Assembly (NCBI GenBank): GCA_002358575.1
Contig: DEPD01000093.1
Location: 14,487 to 78,486 of the forward strand
Direction: 5' to 3'
Origin: Lachnospiraceae bacterium UBA3401
GTDB taxonomy: Bacteria; Bacillota; Clostridia; Lachnospirales; Lachnospiraceae
Length of the DNA: 64,000 nucleotides
Position 1 is the stretch's first letter. The number at the start of each line of letters is the position of its first letter. Positions 11,320 through 21,100 of this stretch are shown one piece after another. Made by a program: the position numbers and the translations under genes. Below the pieces are notes generated by a model that did no database searches, had not been told where the DNA came from, and was given only the letters and a program-made list of their open reading frames with translations.

Positions 11320-12423
11320 ATGAAACGGATTGTTTTTCATTTGAACTGTCTGGAAAGAGGGGGAGCAGAACGTGTGGTTGCAACTCTTTCTGGACAGTTT
11401 GCAGAACATGGATATGAGGTGTATATTGCCACGGAATGGCAGGGTGCAGATGAGTATGAGATACACCCGCAGGTGAAGCGCGTCCATGTGGGGCTTGATA
11501 GAAAACAGGAACAACAGGGTCGCATTCAGAAGTTTGTGGACCGGATTTTAAATCTTCGATGCTTTTTAAAAAAAGTAAAACCGGACATTGTGATTGCATT
11601 TGCGCGCAAGGCAAATTATAGGGCACTCACAGCGACCATTGGCATGAAACTGCCTGTGCTTATATCGGTGCGTATCAATCCAATTGGATATTATGATTTC
11701 TGGTCGGACAAGATACAGATACCACTTCTGTTTCGGCGGGCGGCGGGCTGTGTATTTCAGACACCGCAACAGCGGGACTTTTTTCCAAAGTATGTGCGCA
11801 AAAATTCCAGAATTATCTTGAATCCCATTGATGAAAGGTTTATTGGGAATGAGATACCCGAAAAGCGAGAAAATGTCGTCGTGCACTCTGGCCGCCTGGT
11901 GGATTTTAAAAATCAATGTTTGCTAGTTCAGGCTTTTGAGATGGTACATCAAGTTCACCCAGATTATATGCTTAGAATTTATGGTCCAGATTCTTTTGAT
12001 GGGACAAAGCAGAAATTGGAAGATTTAATTGGTCGTCTTCATGCAGAAGAATATATACAATTGATGGGGAGCAGCAGCGCATTAGAGAGAGATATGCGCT
12101 GTGCAGCTTTGGCGGCGTATGCGTCCGATTATGAAGGAATGCCCAACGTAGTATTAGAAGCGATGGCGCTAGGACTTCCGGTTGTGTCAACAGACTGTCC
12201 GCCAGGAGGACCACGTATGGTTATTCAGCACGAGCAAAATGGGCTGCTTGTGCCGGTTGGGGATAGAAATACTCTGGCGACAGCGATAAACAGATTGATT
12301 GAGGACCGTAAACTGGCGGAACGGCTTGGAAGAAATGCGGCAAAGATTGGACGGATGGCTTCCCCAGAACGCATCTTTGAGGAGTGGAGAGACTATATGG
12401 AGGAGATTACAAGGGAACAATAA
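11320..12423 (+). CDS. GT4 glycosyltransferase (paralog of 14382..15464)
   Basis: Track ORF 11311..12423; ATG 11320 (MKRIVFHLNCLERGGAERV) is the likelier start. C-terminal ASDYEGMPNVVLEAMALGLPVVSTDCPPGGPRMVIQHEQNGLLVPVGD. Confidence 0.85.
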   Translation: MKRIVFHLNCLERGGAERVVATLSGQFAEHGYEVYIATEWQGADEYEIHPQVKRVHVGLDRKQEQQGRIQKFVDRILNLRCFLKKVKPDIVIAFARKANYRALTATIGMKLPVLISVRINPIGYYDFWSDKIQIPLLFRRAAGCVFQTPQQRDFFPKYVRKNSRIILNPIDERFIGNEIPEKRENVVVHSGRLVDFKNQCLLVQAFEMVHQVHPDYMLRIYGPDSFDGTKQKLEDLIGRLHAEEYIQLMGSSSALERDMRCAALAAYASDYEGMPNVVLEAMALGLPVVSTDCPPGGPRMVIQHEQNGLLVPVGDRNTLATAINRLIEDRKLAERLGRNAAKIGRMASPERIFEEWRDYMEEITREQ

Positions 12424-12482
12424 TGTGAAATCAGAGTGCTCGTTAAAACAGGCGAATGATTAGAGGAAGGGCAGGTTAATGT

Positions 12483-14363
12483 ATGTGCGGAATATGCGGA
12501 TTTATTTCCAGAAAAAGCATTACAACAAATCAGTTAAAACGGATGAATGATACCATGTATCACCGAGGACCCAATGACAGCGGGGAGGAGATTTTTGCTG
12601 GAAGAGATGGATACGAAATCGGATTTGCGCAGCGGCGCCTTTCCATTTTGGATTTGTCCATGCTTGGACACCAGCCAATGCATTCTTGTGATGATAGACT
12701 GGTGATTGCCTACAATGGAGAGATTTATAATTTCTTGGAACTTCGACAAGAACTGAAAGCGTATCCATTTCAGTCTAAATGTGATACAGAAGTAATTTTA
12801 GCGGCGTATCTAAAATGGGGAATTGCGTGTGTTGACCGATTTCAGGGAATGTTTGCAATCGCCCTCTATGACAAGGAGACAGGAACACTCTTTCTTGTGC
12901 GCGATAGAATTGGCAAGAAACCATTATATTACTGGCAGGATGGCAGTAATATCGTCTTTGCATCAGAGTTAAAACCAATTATGGAATATCCCAGTTTTCC
13001 AAAAAAGATTCGCAAAGATGTGATAAAGCGCTATTTGTATCAACAATGTATCAATGAGCCGGATTCAATTTTTGAGAATGTCTATAAGGTGGAGCCAGGG
13101 CAAATTGTTCAGTTTCAGTCAGGGAAGCTCTCAAAACAAAAGTATTGGGATATCGCGTCGGTATATCACACAAAAAAGCAGGAGCCGGTGGGTTCTTATA
13201 AACAAGCAAAGGAAGAGTTAAAAGCAATTTTAAAGGACAGTGTGAAAAAGCGTATGATTGCAGATGTGCCTGTGGGCGCTTTTTTGAGCGGGGGCTATGA
13301 TTCCTCGCTGGTCACAGCAATTGCGCAGGAAGTTAGTTTTGGACCAGTCAAAACGTATTCTATTGGTTTTGAGGAAGAAAGATATAATGAGGCAAAGTAT
13401 GCGAAAGCAGTTGCCAAGCATCTCGGGACAAACCATACAGAATTTTTTATAGATGAGAAGTCTATGTTTGATTTGGTGGATAGCATTCCAAAGTATTATG
13501 ATGAACCTTTTGCGGACAGTTCGCAGATTCCGTCCATGTTGGTGGCAGGGCTTGCCGCAAAGGATGTCACGGTCGTGCTCTCTGGCGACGGAGGAGATGA
13601 ATTTTTCTGTGGATATAATATTTATGATAATGTGGCGCAGGCGCAGAAGTTAGATTTGCTTGGGCGTATGACTTATGGCGTCTGTCAGTTTCCGCCGTTT
13701 CGTGCACTGGGGCTTTTTGAGCGCCTTCCATTTCGCGTTCAGGTTGTGGCGGGAAATCATGATGTGGAGACAAAGACGCAGATTGGCGGAAGGACCTATT
13801 TAAAGGTGATTGACCGGATGCTTTTGGAGAGCGGTGTACCATTCAAATTTCCAATAGAGTCCAAATACCAGGAAAACAACTGGCAGGCGCGGAGAATGCT
13901 GCTGGATGAGGAGACCTATCTGCCTGGAGATATTCTGTGTAAAGTGGACAGGGCTTCCATGAAATATTCGATAGAGGCGCGGTGTCCGCTTCTTGATGTC
14001 AATGTGATGGAATATTCCTATCGCTTGCCACATGATTATAAATATACGGACGGTGTGAAAAAACGCATCTTGAAAGATCTTGCTTATGATTATGTTCCAA
14101 GGGAGTTGCTTGACAGGCCAAAAGTAGGATTTGGTGTGCCGCTTGACAAATGGATGCGGGGACCTTTAAGAGAAGCGTTGCAGGATATGTGCAGCGCAGC
14201 ATATTTAAACAATCAGGGAATTTTTGATGCGCGGTATGTACATGCATTTATCAGTGAATATCTAAGAACTGGGGATCAGGGACCGGCTTCTGGTGCAAAC
14301 TATTCCAAAGTCGCATGGGCATTCTTTGTCTTTCAGCAGTGGTATAGCACTTATATACATTAA
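12483..14363 (+). CDS. asnB: Asparagine synthase (glutamine-hydrolysing) family amidotransferase
   Basis: 626 aa. N-terminal MCGICGF (Cys2 Ntn nucleophile), HRGPND, PP-loop FLSGGYDSS, SGDGGDEFFCGY. Confidence 0.9.
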   Translation: MCGICGFISRKSITTNQLKRMNDTMYHRGPNDSGEEIFAGRDGYEIGFAQRRLSILDLSMLGHQPMHSCDDRLVIAYNGEIYNFLELRQELKAYPFQSKCDTEVILAAYLKWGIACVDRFQGMFAIALYDKETGTLFLVRDRIGKKPLYYWQDGSNIVFASELKPIMEYPSFPKKIRKDVIKRYLYQQCINEPDSIFENVYKVEPGQIVQFQSGKLSKQKYWDIASVYHTKKQEPVGSYKQAKEELKAILKDSVKKRMIADVPVGAFLSGGYDSSLVTAIAQEVSFGPVKTYSIGFEEERYNEAKYAKAVAKHLGTNHTEFFIDEKSMFDLVDSIPKYYDEPFADSSQIPSMLVAGLAAKDVTVVLSGDGGDEFFCGYNIYDNVAQAQKLDLLGRMTYGVCQFPPFRALGLFERLPFRVQVVAGNHDVETKTQIGGRTYLKVIDRMLLESGVPFKFPIESKYQENNWQARRMLLDEETYLPGDILCKVDRASMKYSIEARCPLLDVNVMEYSYRLPHDYKYTDGVKKRILKDLAYDYVPRELLDRPKVGFGVPLDKWMRGPLREALQDMCSAAYLNNQGIFDARYVHAFISEYLRTGDQGPASGANYSKVAWAFFVFQQWYSTYIH

Positions 14364-14381
14364 GGAACCGGAGTTTTATCT

Positions 14382-15464
14382 ATGAAGAGAATTATTTTAT
14401 TTATCAGCTCATTGCAAAAGGGTGGGTCCGAGCGTGTTATGGTAAATCTTGCAGAATATTTTCAGGAACAAAAGTATGATGTGATTCTTGTAACGCAGTA
14501 TCAAAGAGAAAAAGAGTATAGTATTTCGCCCAAGATACGACGCGTGTATTCAGAGCCAGATGAATCTATGTTAGATGGTGGACGAATCCGAAACTTTTGT
14601 GTCCGGTTTCGCACGCTTAGAAATCTATGGAAAACATACAGACCGGATGTGATTTTATCTTTCCTTGGCAAAAATAATCTGATGGCGGTGGCAGCGGCAG
14701 CATTTTTGCCAATTAAGGTGGCTGTCTCTGTAAGAGGCGAGCCGACCATGGAATATCAAGGGAAATTTATGCAGTTTATTGCAAAAACAGTCTTCCGCTT
14801 TGCAGATGGGGTGATTCTCCAGACAGAGCAGGCTGGACAGTTCTTTCCAAGAGCAGTCCGAAGAAAAAGTGTCATTTTGCCAAATCCGCTCAATCCACAA
14901 TTTACAGGAAGAAAAGTCTGTGTGGACAGAGAGGACTTGATTGTGGCAGCAGGCAGACTTGATGAAAATAAAAATCATGCAATGCTGATTCATGCATTTA
15001 GCAGAATAGCGGAGGAGTATCCCACTGTAAAACTAGTGATTTACGGGGAGGGAGAGCTTCGCACAAAACTGGAAATGTTGATTGCAGAGAAAGGGCTGAC
15101 AGATAGGATTTCTATGCCAGGGAATGTAAATGATATCGCGGATAGAATTGGCGGGGCTAGGATTTTTACATTGACTTCCAACACAGAAGGTATGCCTAAT
15201 TCTATTATGGAGGCAATGGCACTTGGGATTCCTGTGATTGCTACAGATTGTCCTTGTGGGGGACCGGCGACGCTGATTGAGCATGGTGTCAATGGTTTGC
15301 TTGTGCCAGTTGGAGATGCTTTTGCGCTTGCAGATGCTTTTCGCAGAATCTTTGAAGATAGAGAATTTGAACAGAAACTGCGCGAAAATGCGCACAGAAT
15401 TGTGGAGACTCTAGCACCGGAACAGGTAAACAAAAAATGGGAAGACTATCTAAATCATCTATAA
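14382..15464 (+). CDS. GT4 glycosyltransferase (paralog of 11320..12423)
   Basis: 360 aa. SSLQKGGSERVMVNL and TSNTEGMPNSIMEAMALGIPVIATDCPCGGPATLIEHGVNGLLVPVGD. Confidence 0.85.
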   Translation: MKRIILFISSLQKGGSERVMVNLAEYFQEQKYDVILVTQYQREKEYSISPKIRRVYSEPDESMLDGGRIRNFCVRFRTLRNLWKTYRPDVILSFLGKNNLMAVAAAAFLPIKVAVSVRGEPTMEYQGKFMQFIAKTVFRFADGVILQTEQAGQFFPRAVRRKSVILPNPLNPQFTGRKVCVDREDLIVAAGRLDENKNHAMLIHAFSRIAEEYPTVKLVIYGEGELRTKLEMLIAEKGLTDRISMPGNVNDIADRIGGARIFTLTSNTEGMPNSIMEAMALGIPVIATDCPCGGPATLIEHGVNGLLVPVGDAFALADAFRRIFEDREFEQKLRENAHRIVETLAPEQVNKKWEDYLNHL

Positions 15465-15490
15465 AAGGAGCTTGTGCAAAGCTCCTTTTT
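15464..15490 (+). terminator. Rho-independent terminator closing glycan operon A
   Basis: Perfect 10-bp stem AAAGGAGCTT (15464-15473) / AAGCTCCTTT (15479-15488), 5-nt loop GTGCA, T-rich tail. It starts at the last base of the stop codon. Confidence 0.7.
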
Positions 15491-15537
15491 CATTTCTAAA
15501 GAAAGAATAAAATAACAAAAATGACCATAAGTCATTA

Positions 15538-15566
15538 TTGAAAAAAGAGATACAATATACTATACT
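15538..15566 (+). promoter_or_regulatory. Candidate sigma-A promoter for the MMPL / GLUG-protein operon
   Basis: TTGAAA (15538-15543), exactly 17-nt spacer, TATACT (15561-15566). A short palindrome ATGAC-cataa-GTCAT (15521-15535) lies just upstream. Confidence 0.5.
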
Positions 15567-15651
15567 ATACGGCATAAGGATATTTTTATGAGGAAGCAAT
15601 GGTATCGCAATCAAGAAACAATGCCTTTGCTGTGTAAAGGAGAGGAAAGTT

Positions 15652-18144
15652 ATGGACGAACAATCCAAAAAGGGCGCTGAAGAGGGCGGATTTATGATTA
15701 AAATCGCCACCTTTATCGTTGACAGACGCAATTTGTTTTTCCTGCTGTTTGGAATTGCGCTGATTTTTTCGGTGGTTTCTATGAATTGGGTGGCAGTGGA
15801 GAACGCGCTTTCGGCATATTTGCCGGATACGACTGAGACAAGTCAGGGACTTGAACGCATGGAGGAACAGTTTATCACTTATGGCACTGCAAAAGTGATG
15901 GTGACAAATATTCCCTATGAGGAAGCGGATAAAATTTATCAGGAATTGCAGGAGTTGGACAGCATTATAATGTTGGATTTTGACAATTCCAAACAACATT
16001 ATAACAACTTTTCGGCGCTGTACAGTATTACATTTGGTTATGAGGAGACGGATGACAGAGCGCTGGAAGCGTTGGATGAGGTTCGGAGTCTACTGGAAGG
16101 ATATGATATTTACGTCTCGACTTCAATGGGTGATGCGTCAGCGGAACAGTTGGCAAAAGAGATGTCTGTAATCAGTGTGCTGGTTGCGATTGTGGTTGTA
16201 TCTGTTTTGCTGTTTACCTCGCAGACGTGGGCGGAAGTGCCAGTTTTGCTTTTGACATTCTGTTCGGCGGCACTCATAACTAAAGGAACAAATTTTTTGA
16301 TGGGGACGATTTCTTTTGTCTCAGATTCAGTTACGATTGTATTGCAGCTTGCCTTATCCGTGGATTATGCGGTGATTTTCTGTAATCGCTATAAAGAAGA
16401 ACACCAGTCACTTGGAGTCAGGGAGGCAGATATTGTGGCATTGAGCAAGGCGATCCCAGAAATATTTTCAAGTTCATTGACGACCATGGGCGGACTGATT
16501 GCCATGATGTTTATGCAGTTTGGCATTGGAAGTGATATGGCGCTCTGCCTGATCAGAGCAATCTTATTGAGTCTGCTCGCTGTATTTTTATTGATGCCAG
16601 GACTGATTATGCTCTTTGGTAAGGCAATGGATAAGACAAAACACAAAAGTTTTATTCCTGACATACCTTTTGTGGGCAGGTTTGCATACAAGACACGTTA
16701 TATTATTCCGCCACTGTTTGCTGTTGTGCTGGTGGGGGCGTATATTATCCAGTCGCATTGTCCTTATGTGTATGGTTATACGCAGCTTGAAACACCAGTT
16801 CAGAGCGATGCAATGGTTGTGGATGAGATGATTGAGGAAAGTTTTGGCGCTGAAAATTTTGTGGCACTTGTCGTTCCGGCAGGAAATTATGAGAAAGAGA
16901 AGAAACTGCTAAAGGAACTTGATGCCAGACCAGAAGTAGACCATTCGCAAGGGCTTGCCAACACGGAGGCGATGGATGGCTATATGCTGACTGACAAGCT
17001 AACTGCAAGAGATTTCTCAGAGCTTTTGGAGCTTGATTATGAAATTGCAGAGTTGTTGTATATGGCTTATGCCGTAAATGATGAAAATTATGCTAAGATT
17101 GTCAATGGTTTTTCAAACTACAGTGTTCCACTGATTGATATTTTTATGTTTTTGTATGATGAAGTGGATGAAGGCTATGTCACACTGGACGACGATTTGA
17201 TGGAGACGCTTGAGGATGCGCACACTAAGATGCAGATTGCACTTGACCAGTTGCAAGGGAAGCGCTACAGCCGTATGTTGATTTACTTGACGCTGCCGGA
17301 AGAAGGGGATGAGACATTTGCCTTTTTGGATGAGATGCACGAGATTGCAGGACAGTATTATGACAAGGCAGAAGTGTTGGTTCCTGGAGAATCGACCAGC
17401 CAATATGATTTGTACAAGACATTCCAGCGAGACAATACGGTGGTCAATGTTGTTTCGATCCTTGCCGTTTTGGTCGTACTGTTGTTTACCTTTATGTCAG
17501 CGGGTATGCCAGTGCTTTTGATTGCAGTGATTCAGGGCGTGATTTGGGTGAATTTTTCTTTCCCTTCCGTGGAGCAGAAAAACGTATTTTTCCTGAGTGC
17601 AATGATTGTTTCTTCAATTCAGATGGGTGCCAACATTGACTATGCAATTGTTATCTCAGGCAGATTTTTGGAAATCAAGGACAAAATGCCGAAAAAAGAT
17701 GCAATTATTGAGACAATGAACTTTGCATTTCCAACGATAGTCACTTCGGGCACAATGCTTGCGCTGGCAGGAATCTTTATTGGACAGATGTCCTCCGATG
17801 GCGCAGTTTGTGGCATTGGCCAGTGTTTGGGCAGAGGAACAATTCTTTCAATTTTTACGGTAATGTTTGTGCTGCCGCAGATTTTATTGCTTGGCGAGAA
17901 AATTATCGACAGAACATCCTTCGCAGTGTCCATTCCGCTAAAAATGGAACGCGTGAGTGGTCTAATGCGTGTTGACGGCATAGTGCAGGGTCAAATTAAT
18001 GGTACAATTATCGGTGAAGTGCATGGTCTTGTGCGCGGTGATGCGAATCTGTTTGTCAATATGGGAAAACTTGAGATGCGTGAAGATAACGAGAGCAGTT
18101 TAAAAGAACTGATAAAGAAGGAAGAAGGTGAGAAGGATGCATAA
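15652..18144 (+). CDS. MMPL/RND-superfamily transporter (predicted exporter)
   Basis: 830 aa; RBS AGGAGAGG upstream. Two hydrophobic bundles separated by large soluble loops, and an N-terminus (IATFIVDRRNLFFLLFGIALIF...YLPDTTETSQGL) typical of MMPL-type proteins. The extra C-terminal tail is Gly/Val/Ile-periodic. Confidence 0.8.
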   Translation: MDEQSKKGAEEGGFMIKIATFIVDRRNLFFLLFGIALIFSVVSMNWVAVENALSAYLPDTTETSQGLERMEEQFITYGTAKVMVTNIPYEEADKIYQELQELDSIIMLDFDNSKQHYNNFSALYSITFGYEETDDRALEALDEVRSLLEGYDIYVSTSMGDASAEQLAKEMSVISVLVAIVVVSVLLFTSQTWAEVPVLLLTFCSAALITKGTNFLMGTISFVSDSVTIVLQLALSVDYAVIFCNRYKEEHQSLGVREADIVALSKAIPEIFSSSLTTMGGLIAMMFMQFGIGSDMALCLIRAILLSLLAVFLLMPGLIMLFGKAMDKTKHKSFIPDIPFVGRFAYKTRYIIPPLFAVVLVGAYIIQSHCPYVYGYTQLETPVQSDAMVVDEMIEESFGAENFVALVVPAGNYEKEKKLLKELDARPEVDHSQGLANTEAMDGYMLTDKLTARDFSELLELDYEIAELLYMAYAVNDENYAKIVNGFSNYSVPLIDIFMFLYDEVDEGYVTLDDDLMETLEDAHTKMQIALDQLQGKRYSRMLIYLTLPEEGDETFAFLDEMHEIAGQYYDKAEVLVPGESTSQYDLYKTFQRDNTVVNVVSILAVLVVLLFTFMSAGMPVLLIAVIQGVIWVNFSFPSVEQKNVFFLSAMIVSSIQMGANIDYAIVISGRFLEIKDKMPKKDAIIETMNFAFPTIVTSGTMLALAGIFIGQMSSDGAVCGIGQCLGRGTILSIFTVMFVLPQILLLGEKIIDRTSFAVSIPLKMERVSGLMRVDGIVQGQINGTIIGEVHGLVRGDANLFVNMGKLEMREDNESSLKELIKKEEGEKDA

Positions 18145-21100
18145 AATGTGCGAGCAAATCTTGGCACTGATTCTGTCAACAGCGATGGCGGTCAGTATAA
18201 TTCCAATGCATAATGTCAGGGCGGCGGAGCAGACAAAAGAGGAGGCAAGTGCCTCTGATGAAATGCAATATGAACGGATTGATATTGCTTCACCGGAACA
18301 ATTTGCAGACTTCGCATCAAAATGTTTTATTGATTCTTGGTCAAAAGATAAGTATGTTAGCCTCAAGACAGATATTGATCTTGCAGGAACAGAAATCAAC
18401 AGCATTCCAGTATTTAATGGTATTTTTGACGGTGTGGGACATACAATTTCTGGGTTTGACTGCCAGGGAGACGGGTATGTCGTGGGGCTGTTTCGCTATG
18501 TGGAGCGAGAAGGTGTCATTCAAAATCTAACATTAAAGGGTGATATTACTTCGGAGAATGAACAGGAATGTATTGGCAGTATTGCAGGAATTAACCATGG
18601 TACAATTAAAAACTGTACGTTTCAAGGAACTGTTAGCGGACGAGATACCGTGGGTGGGATTGCCGGTATCAATGAGCGTACAGGAATCATTGCGGGGTGT
18701 TCTGTAAAGGGTAGGATTACAGGTTACTATGCAACAGGCGGCATTGTGGGCATCAATCACGGCGCCTTAAACTACTGTACAAACAGAGCTGGCATTAATG
18801 ATGACAGCGCATGGGTTGCACAGGATGATGAGATGGGAACTGGACTGGGAATTATTGAGAGTCTCACGGCAGACGAGGATAGTGCGCTGTACAGCGGCGT
18901 CGATACAGGAGGGATTGCAGGATTTTCTGACGGTGTAATATCACGGTGTACCAATCATGGCATAGTGGGATATGAACATACAGGCTATAATATTGGTGGT
19001 ATTGTAGGACGGCAGTCTGGTATTGTATCACTGTCTATAAATCAGGGTACAGTCTACGGACGCAAAGATATTGGCGGCATTGTGGGACAGATGGAGCCAT
19101 ATATTGAAATTAACGAGGCGGAATCGCTGCGAAACGCGATTAATAAGCTGCATGATTTGGTGGAAAAGACAATTGATGATATGGATGCGGCGGGGGACGG
19201 AATTAAGAGTGATGTGGATGTCATGCAGTCTTATGCAGACAGTGCGATTGACTCGGGAGATGAGCTTGTTACACAAATCACAGATTTTACAGACAATAAT
19301 GTAGAGGAAATTAATTCTATTACAGGACGTATGGAACATATTATTGACTTGCTGCCAGATATTTTAGACGATGTATCGGACGCTGGAAATGCAATGAATG
19401 GTCTAAATGATGTGGCAAAACAATTGTCCAAAGATTTGGATGTTCTTGGAAAACTGGACGATTCCTCGTACAATGAGATGGATTACAGCCGACTCACGCT
19501 GCTCTCAACAGTCGGCGGAACAGTTACAACAGACAGTGCCAATCCAGCGGCAAATGAGACGGTGACTATCACTGTAAAACCAGATGAGGGGTATCAACTA
19601 AAAGAGGGCTCCTTGACAGTGACAGACAAAAAAGGAAAAAAGATTGCAATCTCTGCTGTGAGTGACCAGGAGAATCAGTATACTTTTGTGATGCCAAAGG
19701 CGAATGTCAAGATAAAAGCGGAGTTTGTATACAAGGGAGCGTTTCTTGTAAAGTCAACGGCAGGTGGACGCGTCACAACAACGCAGAATGGCAGTCAGGT
19801 GACTTTTAAGGCATCTGCTTCTGGGGGATATCAGTTCGATTCCTTTCAGGTAAATGGAAATGCTTATTCAGGGATTGTGACAGCGGATCATGAGATAACA
19901 CTTGATCGACAGACGGATATCAAAGACAATACATCGACGGTGGTTGAGGCAATATTTACAAAAACTGCTGCGTCGGTACACCAGATTACGGTGCGAACAG
20001 GAACCGGCGGAACCGCATATGTAACAGGAGGAAACACTGCTGCGGCAGGAGAGAATGTCACAGTCCATATTGCGGCAAGACCCAACTATCAGTATAAGGA
20101 AATGCGGGTGAATGGCAGTAGGATTACGCCGACGCAGAGCGATTCTGATGCGAGTGAATGGATTTTTATTATGCCAGATTCTAACGCAGAGGTGGAAGTG
20201 CTGTTTCAGTATCAGTACGATAGTGATTCGGACAGACGGATTTATGCAGAGTCCAATGCAGGCGGAACGGCAAACGCCACAAAAGCATCTGATGGAGCGA
20301 GCTATACGATCACAATTGTTCCAGAGGAAGGATATGATGTCTCCGAACAGGCTGCACTGGAATTTCAGAAGCTTCCAGGCGGAACTGCATCTGAGCAGGA
20401 AACTGCGGAGAATCGTGCGAACGCAGACCAGAATCAGCAAAATGAGATGGTCACAGACAAAGAAAATACTGAAAATGGATCGGAACCAAAACACACAGAT
20501 TACAATGAAAATGAATCAAGTGGAGATTCTATAGAAATAGAAAGTTCGGATTATAAGGAACCACGAACCACAGAAATTGGAAGCACAGAAATAGAAAGTT
20601 CGGAAATAGGAACTACAGAAATAGGAACTACAGAAATAGAAAGTACAGACTACAATAATCAAGAATCCACCGAAGAATATAGTGAGGATACGACAGAAAC
20701 AGAGCGTACAGATCACAGCGAAGAAGAATCTGTTGGAGAAAGTGATACATTAGAGATGGAGAGCACTTTAGCAGAGGCGTTTGAAACGCAGGAGACAATG
20801 CTTGACAAAGAGGACAGCATTCGTACAAATGCAATACCATCTGATCAGATTCCTAAAAGTGGGCTGGAAAAGGGAGAGGGTGCCCGTACTTACAAGTATG
20901 TTGTTAGACTTGAAAGTACAGATCCAAATAAATATATTGCATATGTTACTTTTGTAAAAAAGGATGATACCTCAACAGATACTGGTACTACCTATAATAT
21001 AACAACAGTATCGAGCACTGGTGGATCTGTAGCGGCTGATATCTCAAGTGCCAAGGCAGGAGATAAAGTTTATGTGACACCTGTGTCAAACAATGGATAT

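Noticed and set aside
15586-15999. 137-aa minus-strand ORF overlapping the MMPL start and its leader.
   Set aside because: It overlaps the promoter, RBS and N-terminus of a well-supported plus-strand gene. It has no RBS or recognisable motifs.
19868-20494. 208-aa antisense ORF inside the GLUG protein gene. Similar cases: 22097..22792 (231 aa) and 19028..19339.
   Set aside because: The translations are Cys/Arg/Ile-rich low-complexity strings with no motifs or RBS. They lie opposite a gene with strong domain evidence, so they are most likely frame artefacts.
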